Source of the DNA: Pedobacter sp.
GTDB lineage: Bacteria > Desulfobacterota > Desulfuromonadia > Desulfuromonadales > Syntrophotaleaceae
Assembly (NCBI GenBank): GCA_050253415.1
Contig: JBFWJC010000004.1
Location: 224,001-288,000, forward strand
Length of the DNA stretch: 64,000 nt
Direction: 5' to 3'
A program made the position numbers and the translations under genes. A model generated the notes under the pieces. The model made no database searches and had not been told where the DNA came from. It saw only the letters and a program-made list of their open reading frames with translations. Position 1 is the stretch's first letter. Every line of letters starts with the position of its first letter. Below, in pieces: positions 10,826-21,754 of the stretch.

Positions 10826-12169
10826 TCAGCGATTGTTTTCCGGTGGCGTCGTCTCGACTGCATACCAGTCGATCTTACGCGTCATGTACATCACCACGGC
10901 GAGGATCAACAACAACCCGACACTACCCAGGATAAGGGCGTAATCCTCAAGCTGCAGAACAATAAACAGGTAACAATACAGGATCGTCAGCAAACCGAAG
11001 ATCGTAAGCGCAAACTTCGCGTTGGACACGATGGCTTTCGCATACCCGGAAATAATGCAAGTAACAGCAAATGCGGAAAGAAGGTAAGCGAGGTTGAAAT
11101 GAATGTGCTCGGACAATGACAGGACAAGCGTATAAAAAATCAAGATTGCCATCCCGACGAGAATATACTGGATGGGGTGCACCCTTCGCTTGTTGATTAT
11201 TTCGGAAAAGAAGAACGCCGCAAAGGTAAACACCAGGAACATGATGGAATACTTTGCGAGCCGGGTCGATTTCTGGTAGACATCCGCGGTCAAAATCAAT
11301 TTCACCCCGAAGGCCGACGGCGTAACCTTATAGTGAGAGCCCTCCCAGAACTGCGGGTAGTTTCTGTTCAGGTGCAGAACCTTCCAGGTTGCGGAAAACC
11401 CGTCCTTGGTCACTTCGCGCGTCGCCGGCAGGAATGCACCGTTAAAACTCGGCGAGGGCCAGCTCGAGGTAATCTTCAGCGTATTGGACTCGGCAACCGG
11501 GATAAGGTTCAGCTGCTCGCTGCCGTTCAGGTTCACCTCAAACGAAAAACTGTAGAGCCCATTTGGCGCCAAAGAGCTAACCTGGGTGCTGACCCCGGCC
11601 CCTGCAAGGTCGCTGGTCTTAAGTCCGGGGTTAGCCTGATAGTCGGTCCCGTTGAAATGGATAACGATCTTGTCCTGGATGCCGCGCATATCGCTGATGC
11701 CGAGCGACAAACAGGCCTTGCCCCAGAGGATGTTGGCGGGATCGATGTTCAACTGGCTCGTCGGCGGCACCTTGAAGTTTCCGTGGAATGTGAGGTTGCT
11801 ATTGTAGAGAACCGCCTCAAACAAGCTGCGATAACGCACCTCGGGTTTCATCACCCCCGTAACGTCCAGATTTTCGGGCAGGATATGCAGGTAGTTGAGA
11901 TTGGATTGCGTCTTCCCCTGGTTGTCCTTGAAAAAGGTCTTGAAGGGCACGGTAATAAACGGCCCGGTAAGCGTCTGGCAATCGCCCCATTTATTACTGA
12001 TCTCCGCCACCACCGAGTCACGTCGTGATTGCCGTTCCCGTATCAGATCCTTTATCATCGCGGCCGGAATAAGTAATAGCAGGATCAAAAAACCCACCGA
12101 AAGAATTTTCAGCGTAATCGACCTCTTGATGAAATTCGCGGTCTTCTTGACGACATCCTGCTCGCTCAT
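10826..12169 (-). CDS. creD: Inner membrane protein CreD
   Basis: WPSPSFNGAFLP, YQKSTRLAKY, HPIQYILVG, LSLSEH, EDYAL. Confidence 0.92.
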   Translation of the reverse strand: MSEQDVVKKTANFIKRSITLKILSVGFLILLLLIPAAMIKDLIRERQSRRDSVVAEISNKWGDCQTLTGPFITVPFKTFFKDNQGKTQSNLNYLHILPENLDVTGVMKPEVRYRSLFEAVLYNSNLTFHGNFKVPPTSQLNIDPANILWGKACLSLGISDMRGIQDKIVIHFNGTDYQANPGLKTSDLAGAGVSTQVSSLAPNGLYSFSFEVNLNGSEQLNLIPVAESNTLKITSSWPSPSFNGAFLPATREVTKDGFSATWKVLHLNRNYPQFWEGSHYKVTPSAFGVKLILTADVYQKSTRLAKYSIMFLVFTFAAFFFSEIINKRRVHPIQYILVGMAILIFYTLVLSLSEHIHFNLAYLLSAFAVTCIISGYAKAIVSNAKFALTIFGLLTILYCYLFIVLQLEDYALILGSVGLLLILAVVMYMTRKIDWYAVETTPPENNR

Positions 12170-12225
12170 TACTGTTCTCCTCCCAGGCTTGCGGCAACCA
12201 TGCTCAGGCCCCGCCCCGAATTCCG

Positions 12226-12567
12226 CTACGCTGTTTTTGGACTATGCGTTTGACCATAAAACACAGCCAACCAGATTGTTACCCCCTCGGGGTCGGTCCA
12301 TAACACCTTGTGTTTGGCATGAGCGGGGATATTGAGATAATCGCCTTTGTGCAGGGCCACTTGCCGGCCATCCTCAAACAAAATCGAACCGGCCCCCTCC
12401 AGCACGATCACCCATTCGTTTTCATCCTGGTCATACCATCCGACCTCGGGTGAAGCATGCCCGTTGGAAAGGATCCTTTCGATCCGCACATGGGGTGTCC
12501 GCACGATATCCTCAAAAACTTCTTTTGAAACATCCGCGGGTAACGCATCAAAGATATTCCCCGTCAT
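12226..12567 (-). CDS. Cupin domain protein
   Basis: IERILSNGHASP..WYDQDENEWVIVLEG..IPAHAKHKV. Confidence 0.85.
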   Translation of the reverse strand: MTGNIFDALPADVSKEVFEDIVRTPHVRIERILSNGHASPEVGWYDQDENEWVIVLEGAGSILFEDGRQVALHKGDYLNIPAHAKHKVLWTDPEGVTIWLAVFYGQTHSPKTA

Positions 12568-12676
12568 AGCCTGCCCTTAACCCAAGTGCTTCGGTCTCGT
12601 TTAGAATCCACCATTTATTATTGCGTTTTTCTTTTCACCGGCCGTTTTGCTGACAGGTCTTCTTTAACGCTTTCAA

Positions 12677-14542
12677 TCAGGCCAGAATAACCCTTACCCC
12701 ACCCAACTGTTCAACGCGATAAGGAAACCGGTCGCCTGGCGTACCAATAAACATCATGTTTTTGGGAATGTTGAGTCGTTTGGAAAGCTGTTCAATCAAA
12801 GATGCGTCAAAAGTCCCCTTGACCGCCAAAAAGTCAATGCGCAGTTGAGGGTATAATTTGTCAATGATTTGCAAATGCTGGGCTAAATCCTGGGGGAGAT
12901 TTTTATCGTCGTCAAACACATGCACAACTTTCATATTGTTGGTTTCTTCATTTTCCAACACATACAGCGCCGCCTGATTTAGAATTGCCTCGTTGTCGCC
13001 TTTGGTGAAATACACCACCGAAAGACTATTGATGTCATTTATTTTACTCACTATTCTTATGTGAACGCGTTCGTTGAACGCCTCTACTTTTTCCAGAATA
13101 GCCCGAGATATGAATAGCACCAGTTTCAGGATCTCAACCCTTAAAAACATGATGGCAACAACCCCGATGGCCAGCAGAAAATAACTCGCAAAAATCTCGA
13201 CATTGACAGGATCCAGCAACACATTGCCTATAAATCCAATGATTACGGCAACCAGCGCAACCGTCACCGTCAGCCAACTTGCGCGAACATCTCTTGGCAA
13301 TCGGGAGCGTTTTCTTTTAAGCAGCATATTGCCTATGGCGAACAGCCCCATAACACTTAAAAAAGATAAGGTATAAACACCTGCAAGCGTTGTAATGTTG
13401 CCGGAAGTTACCAGCAATATAGAGGTACACATTCCAAAAAAACCAAGAATGATCCAATGATTGGTTTTACGCCACGCATTCTCCTGGAGCAGGACTTGAG
13501 GCAGGCAACGGTCCAGGGTCATGCGTCGAACCAATCCTGTAACACCTACATAACTTGTCAGTACGGCACCTGAAAGGACCAGGACCGCGTCAAAACTGAT
13601 GATCTTGGCAAAGGTGCTCCCCAAAGAGATGTCTCCCATCGTCGCTAAAAGATCGGGCGGAACGGCCTGAATCTGAGCCAAAGGAAGCAATCCCAAAGCA
13701 AGCAGACTGATCAAAGGGTTGAGAATGGCGACCGCCAGCCACATATTTTTCAAGGTCTTGGGAAAAACGCCTTTTTTCTGTTCTTCAATGAAATTAGCGG
13801 AACTTTCAAACCCACTGATTCCTAACATGGCCGCGGCAAATCCGAAAATAAGCGCATGAAACAAACCTGTTGAATCCGGGATATTCCAATTCAATTGAAA
13901 GAGCGAGAAATCTTGCCAGACAGCATAAATGCCGGCTACGGACAATACGGTCATGGTCAGCATGTGAATGATGAAAATACCGAGCGCAATCACCGCAGAT
14001 TCCGTGATCCCAATTAAATTCAATAGCGCAAAGAATGCCAATACGCCGATGGTTGCGGTCATGACATTCAAATGACTCACGAGGCTATGCGCGTAATGCA
14101 TGGCTTCATTTGCGCTGATTACAGCCGTTGCGATGTATGACAACAGCGTCAAGCAGGCTGCGCCTGTAGCGAGCTTTTTGTTCGTGGTATTCAGCAAGAC
14201 GGTGTATGTCCCGCCATTCAAGGGCAGAGCGCTCCCGACTTCCGCGTAAACCTTGCGATAAAGATAGAGCACAGCACTTACGATCAGTAATACGATGGGC
14301 GCGTATACCCCTGCTTGTGCGGTACAAAGCGCGGAGACGTAAAGAACACTCGAAGTAATATCATTTCCGCAGATGGCGGTAGATTTCCAGGTTCCCAGTT
14401 TATGTTTGGGGGTTTGATCAAGAGGCGTAACATCCTGAACCCCATTTGCAGGTAAATCCTTGATGAGCGAGGATCTACCCCACCCGGGAAACTCCCAGGA
14501 ATCCTTAAAAGAGTCCGATGAAGGCTCTGGTATTTCAGACAT
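12677..14542 (-). CDS. APC family amino acid permease with C-terminal soluble domain
   Basis: AICGNDITSSVLY, GFESSANF, about 12 TM helices; start set at MSEIPEP (GGAG RBS). Confidence 0.85.
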   Translation of the reverse strand: MSEIPEPSSDSFKDSWEFPGWGRSSLIKDLPANGVQDVTPLDQTPKHKLGTWKSTAICGNDITSSVLYVSALCTAQAGVYAPIVLLIVSAVLYLYRKVYAEVGSALPLNGGTYTVLLNTTNKKLATGAACLTLLSYIATAVISANEAMHYAHSLVSHLNVMTATIGVLAFFALLNLIGITESAVIALGIFIIHMLTMTVLSVAGIYAVWQDFSLFQLNWNIPDSTGLFHALIFGFAAAMLGISGFESSANFIEEQKKGVFPKTLKNMWLAVAILNPLISLLALGLLPLAQIQAVPPDLLATMGDISLGSTFAKIISFDAVLVLSGAVLTSYVGVTGLVRRMTLDRCLPQVLLQENAWRKTNHWIILGFFGMCTSILLVTSGNITTLAGVYTLSFLSVMGLFAIGNMLLKRKRSRLPRDVRASWLTVTVALVAVIIGFIGNVLLDPVNVEIFASYFLLAIGVVAIMFLRVEILKLVLFISRAILEKVEAFNERVHIRIVSKINDINSLSVVYFTKGDNEAILNQAALYVLENEETNNMKVVHVFDDDKNLPQDLAQHLQIIDKLYPQLRIDFLAVKGTFDASLIEQLSKRLNIPKNMMFIGTPGDRFPYRVEQLGGVRVILA

Positions 14543-14802
14543 TACATTACTCCTGCAAAGGCAGCGCTTGCGTTCCAAAAAGCAAACCCGATCTTCCGCG
14601 GCAGAACCAAATGAACTCAATGAATCTTGCCACAAAACTCCCGGAAGAATAGCTATCCTTCGTGATTAGACGCTCATTGTAAAGGTCAAAAGCAGCACTG
14701 TAAAGTTCGGATTCCTCCCTCAACATGCATCGGTCAGAGATTACTGCTTGGTCCTTCTTTTCATTCCACTGAACACACCCAAAGAAGGAGCGGGACGGGC
14801 CA

Positions 14803-15771
14803 CTAAAACCGTATCCCCACGGCGAGATTAATGACGCTGGAGTGATGCCCGGTGCCCGCAGCATCGCCATCGAAACGTTCGGTTTCACCCGTCTCGGTGT
14901 CTGTACTAAGTGTACTTCCTTTAGCAGTCATAAATTCTTGATAGTCAAAACCCAGTGTAATGAAACACCAGTCGCTCACGTTATAACCCGCTTCTATCCC
15001 TGCACTTATAAAAGCCTGATGATACACTTTGTCCTCAAAAAGCAAATCACGATTCAGATGTTCATCTTTCCCTTTTGACCATGCCCAAAGTGTACCTTTG
15101 ATGTAGGCATTGAAGAAAAAACTTTCGTAATTGGTCTGCATATTCAAACCGAGATAAGGAGCATAGAACCACTGTTCGTAGCGGATGCCGACCACGTCAG
15201 GGAAAGTGCCTTTTTCATCGCGCCAGCCATTCACAGAATAAATATATTTGCCGCCCTTGTCGTGCCACTTCCAATTATCAAACTTGAAACCGAGCATAGG
15301 AGAGATCTTCAAATTGCTTGTGATCTCTATGGGAAAAGCCATATTGGCATCAACCATATAACCATGATCGAGTTTAACGGGGCCTATCGAGTAATTATCC
15401 CACTCAGAGCTTAAAGCCGGCGTCCAATCCTTATCGACCATAGTGCCGCTGCCATCCGTCACAGCTGCCCAGCCGCCAAAGTTGAGTTGAAGCCAGTCCA
15501 CCAAACCAACCGATACAACCCCGCCAAGCATGGCGATATTTTCAAGTTCCCAATCAAGCTCACTGATTTTATCGCCTGTATCCGTATCATAAACATACTC
15601 GTTGGACTCGCCCCATAGATATTCAACCGAAGCTCGAATGGATATGGGGATGGACGCATTTCCGGAAATATAAAGGTCGGGTCCCATACCGGCACTCATG
15701 GCGGAGGTTTTGGCAGGGAAGGTCAGAGCGAGGACCACAAATAGAATGACAACAATCTGTTTCATTTTCAT
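14803..15771 (-). CDS. Omptin family outer membrane protease
   Basis: Signal peptide; NEYVY..KISELDW, MVDKDW (DxD) and DEH (D-x-H) catalytic pairs; terminal Phe. Confidence 0.85.
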   Translation of the reverse strand: MKMKQIVVILFVVLALTFPAKTSAMSAGMGPDLYISGNASIPISIRASVEYLWGESNEYVYDTDTGDKISELDWELENIAMLGGVVSVGLVDWLQLNFGGWAAVTDGSGTMVDKDWTPALSSEWDNYSIGPVKLDHGYMVDANMAFPIEITSNLKISPMLGFKFDNWKWHDKGGKYIYSVNGWRDEKGTFPDVVGIRYEQWFYAPYLGLNMQTNYESFFFNAYIKGTLWAWSKGKDEHLNRDLLFEDKVYHQAFISAGIEAGYNVSDWCFITLGFDYQEFMTAKGSTLSTDTETGETERFDGDAAGTGHHSSVINLAVGIRF

Positions 15772-16226
15772 AAAACCCGGGCTCCAGGGAAAGCGAAGGG
15801 GGATATCTCTGTTGTATATTAACGGCCGATCAGTTCGTTGAAAATTCAAGCAAAAATATCGCCAAAGCCCCCGCATGGGATGCCCGCAATATTCCTTCGA
15901 ATAGCTGCATTTCAGATCCCCAAGGGTTGCGCATCAATTATCTTTATGGGTAGGAAAACCAGAGTAATAAAAAAAACAAAAACATTAAAGACGTACTTTT
16001 TAAGGGCTGGACATAACGGAGGCCCGGTTTCGCAGATAATCCGCGATGGTGCCTATGGATATCTAGAAAACTCAATATCAGCCCGATGGCGTTGCAGAAA
16101 TCGGATGTTAAACTTCTCCACAGATCCTTTCTTCCCTTTCCTCAACGGAAAATTCGCTGTCGCTTCCCCGGAAAATCATCGACTCAGAGGATAATTTCGG
16201 ATGGACACTAACGAAAGGAGAGTACC

Positions 16227-17522
16227 ATGACGGAAATGAAATCTCCCCAGGGTTTTAAGGACATGCTTGATTTCCCCCTGATTGAGGCTCTGCTAGGCCG
16301 ACGTTCCCGACGATTCTTCATGGGAGCCGAAATTCCGGATGGTGTGTTTGCCCATAAGTCGTCCCACCAGGAGCACCCATTAACCGAGCTGGAGAAAATG
16401 CTTGTGGTGGCGGCCTGCGGCGGAAACACCTCCTGGCATCACCTGATTTACCGGGCAGCCCGCTATGCACCCCACCTCTCCAATTACGCCGGCGCTGCCG
16501 GTGGACGGGTTTTCCCCTCGGCGGCCGGGTTTCACACCAGCAAGACATTTTTCACCGACGACGACGGACTGTACGTGCTTGAGATGCGAGACGCGCCGGC
16601 CTTCGCCGACCGCACCGATGACGGTGCGTTGGATCCGGATGCATTTGTTGCCAACGTCCGGAAGCAGGTACGCAAAATCCACAATGGGCGCCTGAAGCTC
16701 CCCAGCGAAGTGCCCTTCACGGAGGCTCATAACACCTGGGTATTCAACAAACCGTCAACCCTGGTGGTCATCCCGGTAGGGGATCTGTCGCAACACGTTC
16801 TGCTTAATCTGTGTTACATGCTGCAAAATGGCCTGGTCCTTTTCGATGATATTCATAAACGCCCCATTCCAGGCATAGAGCAGTTCAAAGATATCGTGGA
16901 TGTCGACAGTGTCTGGCCCGTTACCTTTGTGGAACAATGGTCCATGTCGGAGCTGACCGTTGAACTGGCGGCCAGCTGTTATGCCGGTACGCTGATGCTG
17001 CAGGCAATGGGCCTGGGAGGATGGATGTTCAACGGAGTCGACCCCTTCGCTACACTTGGCGCAAGCGGTGATTCGCGGGCACCGGGGCTGGGATTCCGTT
17101 ATGACGCGGACGAGCGTTGGCCCTACCCCAACCCGACCGGATTGAAAGGCGTGATGGAGGGGTATTGCCCGCCTCACTACCCCGACATGCGGGCCGCCGT
17201 GGAAGCCCTCTGCGAACGCAAATTCGGTCCCGGAGGACCGTTCCATCCCGACACGCCCGGTCCCTGGAAAGACAGCCGTAAAGTCCGTTCGGCCGCCCTG
17301 GTTCACAATGAACGATTCAGGGAATGCGTTGCACACCAGGCCAACTACCTGTACAAAACCTTCGGTAAGTTTCCCGCTACGGTTCCATCCATGTTCCTCA
17401 TCATGTATCTTCAGGCCCACCACCTCGATCTGGATTTCTACGACGCGTTTTACCAGCCCGGTTCCTACTTGCAGACACATGCCGCGCACATGGCACGATG
17501 GCACCCGAATGGCGAAAAATAA
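16227..17522 (+). CDS. Uncharacterised protein, nitroreductase/SagB-like motifs
   Basis: 431-aa ORF with good RBS; RRSRR and PSAAG, plus LMLQAMGLGG. Confidence 0.6.
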   Translation: MTEMKSPQGFKDMLDFPLIEALLGRRSRRFFMGAEIPDGVFAHKSSHQEHPLTELEKMLVVAACGGNTSWHHLIYRAARYAPHLSNYAGAAGGRVFPSAAGFHTSKTFFTDDDGLYVLEMRDAPAFADRTDDGALDPDAFVANVRKQVRKIHNGRLKLPSEVPFTEAHNTWVFNKPSTLVVIPVGDLSQHVLLNLCYMLQNGLVLFDDIHKRPIPGIEQFKDIVDVDSVWPVTFVEQWSMSELTVELAASCYAGTLMLQAMGLGGWMFNGVDPFATLGASGDSRAPGLGFRYDADERWPYPNPTGLKGVMEGYCPPHYPDMRAAVEALCERKFGPGGPFHPDTPGPWKDSRKVRSAALVHNERFRECVAHQANYLYKTFGKFPATVPSMFLIMYLQAHHLDLDFYDAFYQPGSYLQTHAAHMARWHPNGEK

Positions 17523-17877
17523 ACAGGAGAAAAAATTTGTTTACAGGAGGGGCAGCGGGGACGTTCTTGCGCCAAGGCTTTGGCTATCGGTCGGCTTTTG
17601 AAATAATGCGGCAAGACGTCCCTCGGCCCATTTATGCAAGATCTATCATCACACTCGTTTGAAAACCCTCACTACAACACCAGTGAGTAGACTTACCCGG
17701 CGATTCTGTGGAATACTGGGGCTTCGTTCTACAAACGAGAATGCCGTAAAACGATGATGCCTTCGCAAAAACTTACAAGACGGCTGAGGTCGGTCGGCAA
17801 CAGCGGGCACCCTACCCCGTGCCCTTTTCATCAACAGTGTAACGGCAAAGGCTGCCAAACTTTGGGAGTACGTCACC

Positions 17878-19116
17878 ATGGGAAAGCATATCATCGAAGA
17901 GGCAAGGCGCTGCCTGCAATGTAAAAAGCCTCTTTGTACAAAAGGGTGCCCAAATCAGACGGCCATTAGCGACATGATCCACCTGTTTCTTGACGGAAAA
18001 ATGAAAGAAGCCGGCAAGATGCTGTTTGAGAACAACCCCCTGTCGGTCATCTGTTCCAGTATCTGTCCGCACGAAAAATTTTGCGAAGGACACTGTGTGC
18101 TTGGCCGCAATGGCGCCCCTGTGCAAATCAGTGACATCGAACATTACATCTCCAGCTACTACCTGGACCAGTATGTGCCGCAAAAACCAGCCGTTCGCCG
18201 CAATGGACGCATAGCCATTATCGGCTCTGGACCCTCCGGACTCACCGTTGCCTTTATCCTTGCCGCCAACGGCTACGAGGTTACTATTTTCGAATCCAAA
18301 GACAAAATCGGCGGTGTCCTCCGATACGGCATCCCCGACTTCCGTCTGCCGAAGGATCTGCTGGATAAATTGAAGAAACGGTTACTGGCTCTGGGCGTCA
18401 AGTTTCGCCCCAACATGCTTGTCGGCCCCATCATCACCCTTGATGACCTGCTCAATGATGCCTACGCCGCCGTGTTTATCGGCACCGGAGTATGGAACCC
18501 TCGCCCGTTACGTATTAAAGGCGAAACCCTCGGCCATGTGCACTATGCCATCAACTACCTCAAAAGCCCCGAAGCCTATGAACTCGGAAAGAAGGTTGCC
18601 GTAATCGGTGCGGGCAACGTCGCCATGGATGCCGCCCGAACCGCCCTGCGAAACGGAGCGACAGAAGTGAGCATCCTGTATCGTCGGGGATTGGAAGCCA
18701 TGTCTGCCACGCAGCATGACTACGACTACGCCCGCATAGAGGGCGTATCTTTTTCCTTTTTCCATGCCCCTGTGGAAATTACCGACGATGGCGTACTGTG
18801 CGTGCGGACCGAGTTGGTGGAAACCGAAGATGGCGGAACGAGCCTTCGTACCATCGAAGGTTCGGAAGTGTTTGTTGAAGCCGATTCCGTCATTATTGCC
18901 GTGAGTCAGGCCCCCAGAAGTAACCTCAAGGGCATTGAAATCGGCAAAAGCGGACTGGTGATTACAGACGAAGTGGGACGTACCACGCGCGAAGGCATTT
19001 TCGCTTCCGGCGATGTGGTAACAGGTGCAAAAACCGTTGCCGAAGCTGTGAGCTTTTCGAAACATTCCGCGGCGGCAATTATGGAATACCTGGAAAACTG
19101 TCGGACTCAGAAATGA
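17878..19116 (+). CDS. NAD(P)-dependent oxidoreductase, GltD/NfnB family (Fe-S, FAD)
   Basis: RCLQC..CP, ICP.EKFCEGHC, IIGSGPSG, VIGAGNVAMD, GDVVTG. Confidence 0.88.
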   Translation: MGKHIIEEARRCLQCKKPLCTKGCPNQTAISDMIHLFLDGKMKEAGKMLFENNPLSVICSSICPHEKFCEGHCVLGRNGAPVQISDIEHYISSYYLDQYVPQKPAVRRNGRIAIIGSGPSGLTVAFILAANGYEVTIFESKDKIGGVLRYGIPDFRLPKDLLDKLKKRLLALGVKFRPNMLVGPIITLDDLLNDAYAAVFIGTGVWNPRPLRIKGETLGHVHYAINYLKSPEAYELGKKVAVIGAGNVAMDAARTALRNGATEVSILYRRGLEAMSATQHDYDYARIEGVSFSFFHAPVEITDDGVLCVRTELVETEDGGTSLRTIEGSEVFVEADSVIIAVSQAPRSNLKGIEIGKSGLVITDEVGRTTREGIFASGDVVTGAKTVAEAVSFSKHSAAAIMEYLENCRTQK

Positions 19117-19339
19117 ATCTACTGCGAAAACGGTAAATTGGCCCACATTCCCGTAAGTCCTTGACCCCGGGCTCCTTTCCTTACCATTCTTAGGGGCCTC
19201 TTTTTGCCGATAGAAACGCAGTGCTAAGTCCAAAAATGGGACGAAATAAGCTCATTAACCGTAACAATTCAAAATATTAGCTTGGTCCGACCCCGAGCCA
19301 TTCGAAAACCACCGTGCAGTATCTCTCGTTAAGTCCTGA

Positions 19340-19435
19340 ACCCCTCTCCCGCCGCAGATCATGTGCACTTCCTGCGAAAGCAGCCGTCGCAACCCTTTTC
19401 TCACGGCCGGGTGGTCGTCAACCAGGAAAATCGGG
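19340..19435 (-). pseudogene. Truncated NarL/LuxR receiver fragment
   Basis: IFLVDDHPAVRKGLRRLLSQEVHMIC closely parallels ILLIDDHPAVRQGVALLLSQDGYHIC of the regulator at 21755, then breaks off; boundaries approximate. Confidence 0.65.
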
Positions 19436-19453
19436 CACCATCCTCTGTACCTG

Positions 19454-21430
19454 TCATACGCTGCACCTCTTCGTTGGTCGGACATCACAAGGAACCGTAC
19501 AACACACCTGGGTTCCCCCACCGTCCGCATCAGAAACCATCAATCTGCCGTCGATAAGCCTGGCTCGATGGGCCATGATTCCCATGCCCAGGCCCCCGGC
19601 AGGCTTGGCAGCAGCGTTCCTGCCGATACCATCGTCCCGGACGGTCAGGATGAGTTCCCCCTGGCCTCGACACTCAAGGACAACAAGGATATGACTTGCC
19701 CTGGCGTGTTTCACCGCATTGGTCAGTGCTTCCTGGGCAATGCGGCACAGCTGGGTTACCCCCTTGTTTGTACAGGCATGGCAGTCCCGTGTCTGCTTGT
19801 ATTCGATCGCAATACCGCTGGACTCTGCCAGCCGCCGACTCAGTTCCTCCAGGGAGGGACTCGATGCGTTAACGCCCTGTTCCACCGGCCACAATCCGCG
19901 AGAGAGATCGTAGGCGTGGTTGATCGACTCTTCCAGCAGGGACGAAACCTCCCTGACTTCCGGCTTGTGCCGGTCGGCATCGGTCAGTTTTCGCGCCAGC
20001 GCGGAGAATTGCAGCCGGGCACCGGTCAACAGCTGGCAGATCCCGTCATGCAGGTTGTGGCTGATGCGGCGACGCTCCTCCTCGCTGATTTTGACGACCT
20101 CTCGCTCCAGTCGAGTTCGTTCCGCCATCTCGTCTTCCAACGAGCGGTTTTTATCCGACAGTTCATTGGACAGTTGCTCTACGGCATAGAAGGACTTGGA
20201 AAAACGCAGAGAGATTGCTATCGCCTGAAAGAAAATAAAGATGAACATACCGATGTGAATCAGGTATGCCGAGCGAATCAGCTGCAGGTCGCACAGCATA
20301 TCATTGATGCCGACCGCGCCCACGGCAACAAAGCCCGCAAGGATCCATAATGCCGCCTCTCTCCCATTACGCATGGCGCGGAACAGCGTGACCAGACAGT
20401 AAAGGATCATCCCCATGGAGAAAAAATAGAGAACAGGGACAATGGTAGTAAATGCGATGGTTGAAAGAGCCAGAAGCAAACCGGTAAACACCAGGGACAC
20501 AAGTATGATTATCTGCTGAAGACGGCGGGAAAATTCGTGGGGATACAAAGTGCGAAAGAAAGTGTAGCCAACGGGTAGCGATATCACAAAACACAAAAGT
20601 TCAATCCGATTGATGAACACAACGGGATAGTTTTCCGCAAAAAGATTCACGGCAAAATCCGTTGCGCTTGAGGTGAACGAGCTGGCCGCCCATAAAAGAC
20701 TGTACATGCCGAAGTAGAGCGGCGCACGGTCTTTCCTCCTGATGCAATAGAGGCCAAGGTGGTAGAGCCCCATTACCAGCAGGCTACCGACGCACAGTAA
20801 GGCCAGCGCCCAGCGTTTCAGTTGCGCCTTTTCCAATTTTCCAGCTGATCCCAGCATAATGGGGGAAACAATTCCCCCTTCACGATAGTGGTAATTGGAA
20901 ACCTGCAGCACAAGATCAACCGGCTTGCCATCAAGCTGTAATCGTGGTTGCCGGATGGCTTGGCAAGGGATTTCCTCGGAGACGCTTTTGCCCAGCACGC
21001 CATTTTCGACAAGAAGAACCCCGTTAACCCACAGCCTGTAAGCGGAAAACATCTCACCCAGCTGGAGTGTCAAATCTTGTTGTTCCCTGTTGGGGAGAAG
21101 CCGCAGTCGCAAGGTGGCGTATCCGGCTCTGCCTGCATTTTGCCCTTCGATTTCAGCATGGTTCCAGGCCGAGGGAAGTGTAAGAAAAGCACTGACAAGC
21201 GGGGGCTGCTCCGCTTGGAAATCCGCGGGAATCAACAGTTGCTTCCAGTAGAACTCCCATGCACCGTCAAGACGAACGGGATCGGAGTTTTGCAGGTCAA
21301 CAGCAGAAAGGTCGATGATACCCTGCCGGGCAAGCGGCGCCGTATCATTACCGCGGCGGCATCCCCCACAGAGACATATCGTTGCCACCCATGTGAGCAG
21401 CAGTATTTGGTTCAGGGTTCTGTAAGTCAT
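19454..21430 (-). CDS. 7TM-DISM sensor histidine kinase (HisKA_3/NarX type)
   Basis: LDGAWEFYWKQL extracellular domain, 7 TM helices, EERRRISHNLHD, QEALTNAVKH, DDGIG, GLGMG. Confidence 0.88.
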   Translation of the reverse strand: MTYRTLNQILLLTWVATICLCGGCRRGNDTAPLARQGIIDLSAVDLQNSDPVRLDGAWEFYWKQLLIPADFQAEQPPLVSAFLTLPSAWNHAEIEGQNAGRAGYATLRLRLLPNREQQDLTLQLGEMFSAYRLWVNGVLLVENGVLGKSVSEEIPCQAIRQPRLQLDGKPVDLVLQVSNYHYREGGIVSPIMLGSAGKLEKAQLKRWALALLCVGSLLVMGLYHLGLYCIRRKDRAPLYFGMYSLLWAASSFTSSATDFAVNLFAENYPVVFINRIELLCFVISLPVGYTFFRTLYPHEFSRRLQQIIILVSLVFTGLLLALSTIAFTTIVPVLYFFSMGMILYCLVTLFRAMRNGREAALWILAGFVAVGAVGINDMLCDLQLIRSAYLIHIGMFIFIFFQAIAISLRFSKSFYAVEQLSNELSDKNRSLEDEMAERTRLEREVVKISEEERRRISHNLHDGICQLLTGARLQFSALARKLTDADRHKPEVREVSSLLEESINHAYDLSRGLWPVEQGVNASSPSLEELSRRLAESSGIAIEYKQTRDCHACTNKGVTQLCRIAQEALTNAVKHARASHILVVLECRGQGELILTVRDDGIGRNAAAKPAGGLGMGIMAHRARLIDGRLMVSDADGGGTQVCCTVPCDVRPTKRCSV

Positions 21431-21754
21431 CGCCTTGAGAGTATAGTTGGAGCCACCTGAGGGTTCCAACAGAATTTTTTATTAAATATACACAAATGGT
21501 ATTTTTTTGTTATTCTGACAGGCCAGAAATCAGAGGACGAATAAACAGCGTCTCCGGAAAACCCATTGCCTTGTTTTTGCATCTGCCCCATGATCCCATG
21601 GAGTCGGATCAACCCGAACCGCATGAGGTCAAGCAAAGACTTGACCCGTTTTTTCTTCCCGGTGGAGACCTTCGGTTTTTAGATGCCGAGGGTGGCGGCA
21701 CCAGCATTGGCTGCAACATTTCATGCGATGTTATGGCAACAAAGGAGCAATGCT

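Noticed and set aside
12180..12600. Cupin gene as an integron cassette
   Set aside because: A GTTAAGG precedes the start, but no complementary core or attC hairpin follows the gene
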